Under the pieces are notes generated by a model. The model saw only the letters and a program-made list of their open reading frames with translations. It did no database searches and was not told the origin of the DNA. From a virus: a stretch of 64,000 bases of DNA. Shown here in pieces: positions 1-7,512 of the stretch (position 1 is its first letter; each line of letters opens with the position of its first letter). The stretch lies in the IMG/VR virus record IMGVR_UViG_3300027747_004779, positions 1 through 64,000 of that record, one strand, 5' to 3'. Made by a program: the position numbers and the translations under genes.

Positions 1-237
1 TTAATAATTTGCAATTAATCCATGATCTGTAATGTACACTTCTAACTCTGTTTGAGAATCTGCAATAACCATTGTGTATGGACTAGATGTGAATCCACAG
101 CACTGCAATGGATCTACTGTAATTACCTTAGTATCAGCATCATAAATCATCCACCAATCTAATTCTGTAGTATAAACTTCATCTGGAAAGGGAATAACCT
201 GTTCTACATATACATTTTGATTGGAATAAATCTTCAT
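1..237 (-). CDS. hypothetical protein (78 aa)
   Basis: Complete ORF immediately downstream of the LRR gene; no recognisable motif. Confidence 0.7.
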   Translation of the reverse strand: MKIYSNQNVYVEQVIPFPDEVYTTELDWWMIYDADTKVITVDPLQCCGFTSSPYTMVIADSQTELEVYITDHGLIANY

Positions 238-238
238 A

Positions 239-1726
239 TTAATTTGTTGTTACTGTCCAGCCCCTGGAAATCAAAATAGCTTTGTCTGTTATACCTTGAC
301 CTGTGGGTGTAGCATTTCCTGTTCCTCCTAAATTTAAAATTCTAGTGTCAGTTATTTTGTTAGCAGCAACAAAAGTTGACAAGATTGTGTTTATTGAGCT
401 AGATGTAAGAAGATTATTGTGTGCTTGAAAGTCACCAAGAGTAATTGAAACAGATTGATCATTGAAATTTGTCAGTTTATTGCTATTACAATAGAATTTT
501 TCAAGTTGTGTGTTGGCGCTTAGATTTGGAATAGTGCCTGATAATCTGTTGCTATTGCAATAAAATTCTCTAAGTTGTGTGTTGGCGCTTAGACTTGGAA
601 TATAGCCTGTTAACTGATTTGTATTACAATAAAATTCTTGAAGCTGTATGTTGGCGGATAAACTTGGAATAGAGCCTGTTAATTTATTATTAGTGCAATA
701 GAATTCTTGAAGTTGTATATTAAAGCTTAGATTTGGAATAGAGCCTGACAATTGATTATTAGAGCAATAAAACCTCTCTAGCTGCGTGTTGGTATTGAGA
801 CTGGGAATAGAGCCTGACAATTGATTATTAGAGCAATAAAACCTCTTTAGCTGCGTGTTGGCATTGAGACTAGGAATAGAGCCTGACAATTGATTGACCT
901 GACAATAGAAAGCTGAAAGCTGTGTGTTATTATTAAGGTTTGGAATAGGGCCTGTTAATAGATTGTTATTACAATAAAACCCTAGAAGCTGTGTGTTATT
1001 ATTAAGGTTTGGAATAGGGCCTGTTAATAGATTGTTATTACAATAAAAATTCTCCAACTGTGTGTTGGCGCTTAAATTAGGAATAGTGCCTGTTACTTTA
1101 TTATTTTGAAATGAAAAAGATTTTAATGTTGGGGTTTTCTCATACCCTTTAATATCAATTATGTCATTGTAAATACATGTAAAGTTATTCAAATTCGTAA
1201 AAGCAGACAAGCTAATAGTTCCACTTAATTTTGGAGAACTTGTCCCGCAGTTAATGGATGTAACTGTGTTATTGCCAAACTCAGGATTAATAGTCATGTT
1301 AGTGAGTGACGTCTTGCGCGACAAGCAAGGTTGTATGTTATTCCAGAAGCCTAAAGCAGTAGGAGAACTGGGACAGAAGAAGCTATGATTGTAGTCTGCT
1401 TCAGAAGATAGTGTATTTGATGTACCATCACCCCATAATATTTCTATGATGCCATTTGTGTTAGATACAGAAAAATTAAAAAGCTGCACCTTGGGCCAAA
1501 CAGTACTGCCAGGATCCGCTCCAATACCCAATGCTGCTCCATGCCGTTCTAACTCTTGTCTGGCTTCCTGTATCAAACGCATTTGTTGCACATCAAATGC
1601 CATGGAATCTTGAATTAAACTTTGCTGCAGCTTACTAGGTTTAACACCCCAGACATGTGTATCTGCAGGAGATACAGTAGTCTTGTATTCACCCATGCCA
1701 TTAAGATAATCATCCATCCAATCCAT
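239..1726 (-). CDS. leucine-rich-repeat protein with N-terminal leader and PKD-like (WGDG) segment
   Basis: About ten 23-aa repeats NxLSGxIPxLSxNTQLxxFYCxN (69-bp period). Start moved to ATG 1726, which follows a TAAATA late-promoter motif. Confidence 0.85.
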   Translation of the reverse strand: MDWMDDYLNGMGEYKTTVSPADTHVWGVKPSKLQQSLIQDSMAFDVQQMRLIQEARQELERHGAALGIGADPGSTVWPKVQLFNFSVSNTNGIIEILWGDGTSNTLSSEADYNHSFFCPSSPTALGFWNNIQPCLSRKTSLTNMTINPEFGNNTVTSINCGTSSPKLSGTISLSAFTNLNNFTCIYNDIIDIKGYEKTPTLKSFSFQNNKVTGTIPNLSANTQLENFYCNNNLLTGPIPNLNNNTQLLGFYCNNNLLTGPIPNLNNNTQLSAFYCQVNQLSGSIPSLNANTQLKRFYCSNNQLSGSIPSLNTNTQLERFYCSNNQLSGSIPNLSFNIQLQEFYCTNNKLTGSIPSLSANIQLQEFYCNTNQLTGYIPSLSANTQLREFYCNSNRLSGTIPNLSANTQLEKFYCNSNKLTNFNDQSVSITLGDFQAHNNLLTSSSINTILSTFVAANKITDTRILNLGGTGNATPTGQGITDKAILISRGWTVTTN

Positions 1727-1800
1727 AAGTATATTTAATAAATACATGTATGAAATCTTTTAAAGAGTTCTATTTACAAGACATTATAATTCCTCTATAT

Positions 1801-1808
1801 TATAAATA
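1801..1808 (+). promoter_or_regulatory. T4-type late promoter TATAAATA
   Basis: Exact T4 late consensus 6 nt before ATG 1815; (A)TAAATA recurs shortly before many gene starts in the window. Confidence 0.75.
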
Positions 1809-1814
1809 ATTAAA

Positions 1815-2666
1815 ATGAAATTTGACGTTCTAGTTGACAATATTCTAGAAAATACTTTGCCTAATACTGGTGGTATTCTTCCTTGGAAAGAAGTGCCTCA
1901 AGAAGAGAAGAACAAAGCATATGAACTAATAAAAGCTCATAATGATTCTGTTGTTAATCCTAAAGATGGACCGGAAAACTACTATTTCATTGATGTAACT
2001 GGTAAACATCAAGTTTATTATACATTCTGGAGATTCAGAATATTACCTGCTGCAATACGTAATTGGATTAAGAATCCTATTTACTTTGGTAATTTATCTA
2101 CAGATATAGTTACATCTGTTCAAAAAGCTTTGTCTAAAAATATTGTAAAAAATGTAAGAGTAGAGTTGTATGGCGATGAAACAAGAGAGCATTTAATAGG
2201 AAGAAGTAAAGCTACACCGAAATTTACTTTTGGTAAGTACAGGGGCCAATCATTCCCTGATGTGTATCTTAATGACCCCGGCTACTTTGCTTTCTTAGCT
2301 AAGAATGCTGATCCAAAGTATGCATCCACAGACAATGCTCAAGCCATTCAGGCTTTTGCGCAAATGTATTTTGATGATGTGACTAAAAAGAATCAGGAAA
2401 CTTCTACTGCACAATTTGTAGGTAAGCCTGGTGATCGTTTTGAAGGTGAATTGGAGCTTTATAACTTAAAAGAGGTTCCAGGTACCAGAGAACAAGATGG
2501 TTATAATGTGTATAAATTAAAAGATGCACAAGGTAATAAGTATATTACATATGCCTTTCCTGCCACAGAAGTAGGTACTAAGATGAAAGTTAAAGCAAAG
2601 ATTCAGGCGCATAAAGAGATTTTAGGTGTTAAGTTTAACAAGATTGGATATGTAAAACCTGTATGA
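1815..2666 (+). CDS. hypothetical protein with FGKY-G (ExoX C-terminal-like) motif and probable C-terminal OB fold
   Basis: FTFGKYRGQSFPDVYLNDPGY motif; beta-rich C-terminus beginning FVGKPGDRF. Confidence 0.7.
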   Translation: MKFDVLVDNILENTLPNTGGILPWKEVPQEEKNKAYELIKAHNDSVVNPKDGPENYYFIDVTGKHQVYYTFWRFRILPAAIRNWIKNPIYFGNLSTDIVTSVQKALSKNIVKNVRVELYGDETREHLIGRSKATPKFTFGKYRGQSFPDVYLNDPGYFAFLAKNADPKYASTDNAQAIQAFAQMYFDDVTKKNQETSTAQFVGKPGDRFEGELELYNLKEVPGTREQDGYNVYKLKDAQGNKYITYAFPATEVGTKMKVKAKIQAHKEILGVKFNKIGYVKPV

Positions 2667-2929
2667 TATCTTTTAAAGAATTTTATTTAGAAGAAAAAGC
2701 TGGTGCTCGCTGTACTAAAGTCACGGGGCAACAGTCGTCAACACGATCTGATAAGAAGTATATGCGCTGTACACGTGTTGACGGTAAATTAAAAAGAGTT
2801 CATTATGGCGATCCTAATTTACGTATTAAAAAATCTAACCCGAAAAAAAGAAAATCTTTTAGAGCACGTCATAAGTGTTCTTCTGCAAAACCTGGGACTG
2901 CTAAGTACTTTAGCTGCAAAAACTGGTGA
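2663..2929 (+). CDS. small basic Cys-containing phage protein, putative head internal protein
   Basis: MISFKEFYLEE leader; GDPNLRIKKSNP..RKSFRARHKC..YFSCKNW motif familiar from T4-like phages. Confidence 0.75.
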   Translation: MISFKEFYLEEKAGARCTKVTGQQSSTRSDKKYMRCTRVDGKLKRVHYGDPNLRIKKSNPKKRKSFRARHKCSSAKPGTAKYFSCKNW

Positions 2930-3288
2930 AAACATTTAAAGAATTTTACGAATCCAAGCAGAAGCATTCTAAAGAAGAAGCAGGCTACGTAGGACATACT
3001 GTTAAAGGGCAGAGATGTGATCAATGCACTATGTGGAGGGCTCCTAATAAATGTTCTGCTGTAGCTGGTGATATTAAACCTGAAGCATGGTGTGAATGGT
3101 GGAAACAAAGTCATAGAAAGGATTTACAAGAGAAAAGCATACATGATCCGGTAAGGCCAGGTATATTAAAACGACAGGTAAAGGGTAAAATGACGTGTTC
3201 TAAGGCAAGAGGGTTAAAATCAAGACAAAAGAATAAAGGCAATCATACAGCTAAAGCGGCCCAGCGTTATTTAAACTATCACTGTTAA
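2926..3288 (+). CDS. putative head internal protein with HiPIP-like 4-Cys domain
   Basis: MKTFKEFYE leader; AGY..GQRCDQC..W....C..VAGDIKPEAWC..W. Confidence 0.7.
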   Translation: MKTFKEFYESKQKHSKEEAGYVGHTVKGQRCDQCTMWRAPNKCSAVAGDIKPEAWCEWWKQSHRKDLQEKSIHDPVRPGILKRQVKGKMTCSKARGLKSRQKNKGNHTAKAAQRYLNYHC

Positions 3289-4226
3289 GCCCACTGCGCG
3301 GTAAACGGTGTTGTATAAGTTACAAACGTATTATCTTTTGTCTTATAGAGCTCAAAACTATTCACTTGTATGTAAGCTTGGTAACCATCATCCACATTGA
3401 TAAATGTGCCATTAACAACAAACACATCTTTAACCAAATTAGACAGTGAAGGATTTATGGTTACAAAAGCAGCGGATAAATTAGATTTAGCCTGTGTGCT
3501 GGTTGCCTTGCGGATTGACTCTGTAGCTAGCTTCATTCTAGCACCTACTCCTGATGTGGTTTGCAGTGAAGTTATATAATTGGCAGTCAAAGCTCTTCTT
3601 GTGGTGGTATCATCCCATAGAATCTTATTTAAAATGTACTGCTGATAGTTGTTACCAGCACCAGCTCCACCCACACCACCTTGAGCAAAAGGAAATGCAT
3701 CTGTGCTCAAAGGAGGTACAGCTGAAATGGAATTGGACGCAGATCCATAAGCAGCAGGATTCACTATTCTGTTGATGGCCACACCCACTGCACCACATGT
3801 GTTGGACAGTGCAGCACCTTGACCTCTTCTGAGCATGTAACCCAGTTCACCTTTGGCAGTTATGCCTATGTGAGGAGCAGAGAACAACATCAATGCACCA
3901 TTGGTGACATATTGCACATGTGATGCCCATGCAAACATGGCAATGCTTCCTGTGTGTGGAAAACCTCCGATGCCACCTGCAAAAAATGGTCCCTGAAAAT
4001 CATTAAAGGTAGCTGGCATTTGACCTATGTTACCATTGTAATAAGCTGGGGCGTTTACATCATCAGAACAAATAGAATCGGCACGCAATACATTATCTGC
4101 TGTATAACCACACAAAGACTGTATAAATGTTTTGCAATAATTACCAAAATCTTCTACTAGAATTGCATTTGGATAAGCTGAAGCCGCTGTTACTATGGAA
4201 GTGTATGTGGTTTGTGTTATTGGCAT
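3285..4226 (-). CDS. LCIB/LCIC-family (theta-type) carbonic anhydrase homolog
   Basis: ICSDD, FFAGGIGGFPHTG, APHIGIT, RRGQ and TCGA motifs; Cys/His/Cys zinc ligands present. Confidence 0.8.
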   Translation of the reverse strand: MPITQTTYTSIVTAASAYPNAILVEDFGNYCKTFIQSLCGYTADNVLRADSICSDDVNAPAYYNGNIGQMPATFNDFQGPFFAGGIGGFPHTGSIAMFAWASHVQYVTNGALMLFSAPHIGITAKGELGYMLRRGQGAALSNTCGAVGVAINRIVNPAAYGSASNSISAVPPLSTDAFPFAQGGVGGAGAGNNYQQYILNKILWDDTTTRRALTANYITSLQTTSGVGARMKLATESIRKATSTQAKSNLSAAFVTINPSLSNLVKDVFVVNGTFINVDDGYQAYIQVNSFELYKTKDNTFVTYTTPFTAQWA

Positions 4227-4234
4227 AAAATATA

Positions 4235-5335
4235 TTAGTTGAGTTGTAACCCTTGATTAAATTGTGAGGTATAATCTACAAATAACCCAGTGGCAGGGTT
4301 GTATTGTTGGAAATTGCTAACATTTACATAAGCCTTGTAACCGTCATCAACATTGATGAAGGTGCCAGTGGTTAAAAATACAGCAGGCTGGGGACTTGTA
4401 GTAGAAAAAAGTGTATCGTAAGCTAGCTTGAAGGTACTTGTCCCTCCAACTGGGCTTGTAACAATGTTATAAGCAGCACTGCGAATAGCTTCTGTAGCCA
4501 ATATCATTTGCTGACCGAAGTTAGATGTCGCGCATATGGCTGCACGTGCTGCTGCATCATCATAAATTGCTTTGACCAATGTATAAAACTGATAATCAGA
4601 GGGGTTGGCTAGCAATCCGGTGCCAGGGAATACTGGAGCAGGGCCACTTGCACCATTGGTTGCAATCCAAGAGGCTGCAGCTGCTGCAGCACCACAAGTT
4701 GCAGAAAGATCACCATAATTCTGACCGCGGCGTCTCATATAACCTACTTGACCGTCTCTTGTAATACCAATATGTGGTGCAATATAGATTAATAATGCAC
4801 CACCAGAGGTTATATGTGAGGCATAAGCCAGAAGACCTGTGGTACCCGCATGAGGATAACCATCTAACCCGCCTGCCATAAACGGTCCAAGGAAAGCTTG
4901 AAGTGATTGAGGCATTTGGCCCAGATTATTAATATTACCAAATACCGGTCCATTAACGTCATCAGAGCAAATAGAAGCAGCTAAGAGTACATTACCCGGT
5001 GTAAATGTTGGTGTATCAGATTGAATGTAGCTTTGCAACCGGGCTCCAAAATTTTCAGCTGTTACAGCATTCGGGTATGTTTTTCTAACAACATTGCCAT
5101 AATCTAATTGTTGCGATACCGGGCCACTATCCGACGTCATGCTTGAACCATGCATTAAATTGTTGCTTTCAACCTCTGCACGTGCAGCTTGCACTCTTTC
5201 TTCTAAAAGCTGTTGTTCGAATAGGAATTTCTTCTTAAACTCTGCAGATTGCATATGGTTTGGAACGATAATAGGATTACGAGCACGGCTGTCAAACTGC
5301 TTCAAACCATCAACATATTGTCTACTAGAACGCAT
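4235..5335 (-). CDS. LCIB/LCIC-family carbonic anhydrase homolog with ~75-aa N-terminal extension
   Basis: ICSDD, FMAGGLDGYPHAG, APHIGIT, RRRGQ and TCGA motifs; clear paralog of 3285..4226. Confidence 0.8.
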   Translation of the reverse strand: MRSSRQYVDGLKQFDSRARNPIIVPNHMQSAEFKKKFLFEQQLLEERVQAARAEVESNNLMHGSSMTSDSGPVSQQLDYGNVVRKTYPNAVTAENFGARLQSYIQSDTPTFTPGNVLLAASICSDDVNGPVFGNINNLGQMPQSLQAFLGPFMAGGLDGYPHAGTTGLLAYASHITSGGALLIYIAPHIGITRDGQVGYMRRRGQNYGDLSATCGAAAAAASWIATNGASGPAPVFPGTGLLANPSDYQFYTLVKAIYDDAAARAAICATSNFGQQMILATEAIRSAAYNIVTSPVGGTSTFKLAYDTLFSTTSPQPAVFLTTGTFINVDDGYKAYVNVSNFQQYNPATGLFVDYTSQFNQGLQLN

Positions 5336-5400
5336 AATAATATTTATAATATCAATAAATATTTATTTAATAATATTTATAATATCAATAAATATTTATT
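5335..5400. repeat. perfect 33-bp tandem duplication containing back-to-back late promoter motifs
   Basis: taataatatttataatatcaataaatatttatt at 5335-5367 and 5368-5400. Confidence 0.95.
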
Positions 5401-5405
5401 GTAAT

Positions 5406-6068
5406 ATGAACAAAGATAATCAGCTTATATTTGAAGCGTATAAAAACAGGCCTCTTAACGAAAACATGCCTTATCCTACGTTTGCCAAGCTCTCCAAACA
5501 TGCTTCTCCTAAGTCTTCTAAAGAAAAACCTACTGATGAATTTAGACAACAAATGCCTGATAGTAAAGAAGAGTATTCCGCACATGATTATGCAAAAGAG
5601 ATGGAAGTTAAGGGTGAAGGTGAAGAAAGCGCTTGTATTGAAGATTTAGCTGCTAAACATGGCGTTAGTGTAGAGGAGATACAACAACAATTAGAAATGG
5701 GTATAAAAGTAGAAACTAAGCACACAGATGATTTCGATATTGCTACAAAAATTGCCACCGATCACTTAAGTGAGGACCCTCATTATTATACAAAACTTGC
5801 TAAAATGGAAAGAGGTGAAAATGCAGAGTCATCTGCAGTACATCCAGATGAGAAAAAGTATGGTGAACTAATTAAAGCGCGTGAAGAAAGCGAACAGCGT
5901 TTTAAAGATTGGTTAAAAAAACAGAGAGCGGAAGGAAAAGCAAAAAATTATCCTCAAAAAGATGAGAATGAAGAGCGTAGATTAGATCCAAAATGCTGGA
6001 AGGGCTATCACAAGCAAGGTACTAAGTTAAAAGACGGTAAAAGAGTTAATAATTGCGTTAAAAATTAA
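5406..6068 (+). CDS. putative head internal protein (DUF5661-like domain plus C-terminal CWKGY motif)
   Basis: MGIKVE..HT.D..IA.KIA.DHL.EDP.YY.KL; KCWKGY...GTK.K.GKRVNNCVK. Start reassigned to ATG 5406 after the promoter. Confidence 0.75.
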   Translation: MNKDNQLIFEAYKNRPLNENMPYPTFAKLSKHASPKSSKEKPTDEFRQQMPDSKEEYSAHDYAKEMEVKGEGEESACIEDLAAKHGVSVEEIQQQLEMGIKVETKHTDDFDIATKIATDHLSEDPHYYTKLAKMERGENAESSAVHPDEKKYGELIKAREESEQRFKDWLKKQRAEGKAKNYPQKDENEERRLDPKCWKGYHKQGTKLKDGKRVNNCVKN

Positions 6069-6071
6069 TAA

Positions 6072-6494
6072 ATGAGAATTTTCTTACTCACGCTATTCCT
6101 ATCCTCTGTTCTCTATGCTCAAGGCCCTTATGAATGGAAAGTAATAAGAGCTATTGACGGTGATACCGTAGAAATACAAGTAGACTTCTTACCTTCTGAA
6201 CTGGGTAATAAATTACATATAAGGATATGGGGGGTTGATACACCGGAAAAAGGGTTTCGTGCACAAAGTGAGCATGAGAAAGAGCTAGGATTAAAAGCTT
6301 CTGAGTTTACTAAAAATGCTATTGCTAATGCCAAAGAGATTAAGATTAACTTAATTATGTGGGACAAGTTTGGTGGTAGAGTTCTTGGTGATCTTATTAT
6401 AGATGGTAAAAGCTTAAGACAGCTCTTATTGGATAATGGCTATGCTCGGGAATATTACGGTGACAAAAAGAAAAGCTGGGACGACTTTAACTAA
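6072..6494 (+). CDS. thermonuclease (SNase-like) with N-terminal signal peptide
   Basis: VIRAIDGDT, IRIWGVDTPE, DKFGGRVLG, LLDNGYAR motifs; hydrophobic N-terminus. Confidence 0.9.
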   Translation: MRIFLLTLFLSSVLYAQGPYEWKVIRAIDGDTVEIQVDFLPSELGNKLHIRIWGVDTPEKGFRAQSEHEKELGLKASEFTKNAIANAKEIKINLIMWDKFGGRVLGDLIIDGKSLRQLLLDNGYAREYYGDKKKSWDDFN

Positions 6495-6502
6495 ATATTT
6501 TG

Positions 6503-6649
6503 GTGAGTGATCTTAATGATTTTATTAACCATACATTAAGACAATATAAGAAGAAAGATAAAAGAGTTATTAATAAGATAAAAGAATGTAAATCGTTGAG
6601 ACAGTTACTAATAATAAGAAAAAAACTACATTTAGTCGAATGGGATTAA
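6503..6649 (+). CDS. small basic hypothetical protein (48 aa, absent from the ORF track)
   Basis: GTG start 5 nt after TAAATA; open to TAA 6647-6649; fills the intergenic gap. Confidence 0.45.
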   Translation: MSDLNDFINHTLRQYKKKDKRVINKIKECKSLRQLLIIRKKLHLVEWD

Positions 6650-6689
6650 GCTTGAACTAATTTGTAATTCCGTTATATTGGTATTATAT

Positions 6690-6761
6690 GCCCCGTTCGT
6701 CTATCGGTCAGGACTCGAGATTTTCACTCTTGCAAGAGCGGTTCGACTCCGCTACGGGGTA
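6690..6761 (+). tRNA. tRNA-Glu(TTC)
   Basis: Acceptor GCCCCGT/ACGGGGT, anticodon TTC at 6723-6725, GGTTCGACTCC T arm; CCA not encoded. Confidence 0.95.
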
Positions 6762-6770
6762 ATTATACAT

Positions 6771-7364
6771 ATGAAATTTACAATTATAAACGGGTCTCTC
6801 GGGGGTCGTACCGGGAACACTAATAACCTTATACAAAAGGTTAAGAAACTCATTTTAAAACGAGATCTTGACTCAAAAGTGCGCATCATACACCTGTCTC
6901 CCACATTTGATTGGATCAAAGTACGTCGGGCTATTAAAGCTTCAGACGCATTGATATTTTGCACAGGAACTTATTGGGATTCATGGGGATCACCCATGCA
7001 ACAATTGTTTGAGAAGATGACACAAATTGAAGGGAAGAAACACTTGCTTGGGAAGCCCGCTGGGGCCATCGTAACTATGCACTCTGTGGGAGGCAAAGAG
7101 GTGTGCTCCAGAATTTTAGGAAACTTAGTTGGTCTCGGTTGTATGATACCGCCATTTACCGGCTTTGCATATGCATATTCAGATCATGTTGCCCATAGAT
7201 CTCGTACTTCTGGTAAAAAACTATTAGACGATGTGTGGCATATCGATGACTTAGATGCATTTATTCATAATATATTTGAAGCGCATCTGGGTACCAAGAA
7301 TTGGAAGGTCTGGGATTATCTGGACACCCAGGCAATGGACCCTTCTTACGTTTGGCTTAAATAA
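6771..7364 (+). CDS. flavodoxin-fold NAD(P)H-dependent FMN reductase family protein
   Basis: IINGS..GRTGNT, SDALIFCTGTYW, LLGKPAGAIVT..SVGG; true start ATG 6771 after the tRNA. Confidence 0.85.
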   Translation: MKFTIINGSLGGRTGNTNNLIQKVKKLILKRDLDSKVRIIHLSPTFDWIKVRRAIKASDALIFCTGTYWDSWGSPMQQLFEKMTQIEGKKHLLGKPAGAIVTMHSVGGKEVCSRILGNLVGLGCMIPPFTGFAYAYSDHVAHRSRTSGKKLLDDVWHIDDLDAFIHNIFEAHLGTKNWKVWDYLDTQAMDPSYVWLK

Positions 7365-7372
7365 TATTTTTT

Positions 7373-7455
7373 GCCTGAGTCGCATAGTGGTCGATTGCGC
7401 AGGTTTTGTAAACCTGACTCGAAAGAGCACGTCAGTTCGAATCTGACCTCAGGCT
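7373..7455 (+). tRNA. tRNA-Thr(TGT) with long variable arm
   Basis: Acceptor GCCTGAG/CTCAGGC; anticodon arm CAGGT-TTTGTAA-ACCTG (TGT at 7407-7409); V arm CTC-GAAA-GAG; T arm GTCAG-TTCGAAT-CTGAC. Confidence 0.85.
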
Positions 7456-7512
7456 GCTTTAGATTGCCTCAATAATATGTAAAGTAAGTACAGTATAGTT
7501 AATTAACAATTT

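Noticed and set aside
480-1100. Diversity-generating retroelement TR/VR pair among the LRR repeats
   Set aside because: Repeats are in-frame coding units, differences are not evidently adenine-specific, and there is no reverse transcriptase in the window
5335-5400. CRISPR-like array
   Set aside because: Two abutting copies with no spacer and no cas genes
5139-5405. N-terminal extension of ORF 5139..6068
   Set aside because: Overlaps the divergent gene and runs through the promoter repeat
6678-6770. N-terminal extension of the flavoprotein ORF
   Set aside because: Overlaps tRNA-Glu; the fold starts at ATG 6771
7373-7455. Calling the long-arm tRNA as Tyr(GTA)
   Set aside because: With the 5-bp stem CAGGT/ACCTG the centred anticodon is TGT, and C2-G71 with U73 does not fit bacterial Tyr identity
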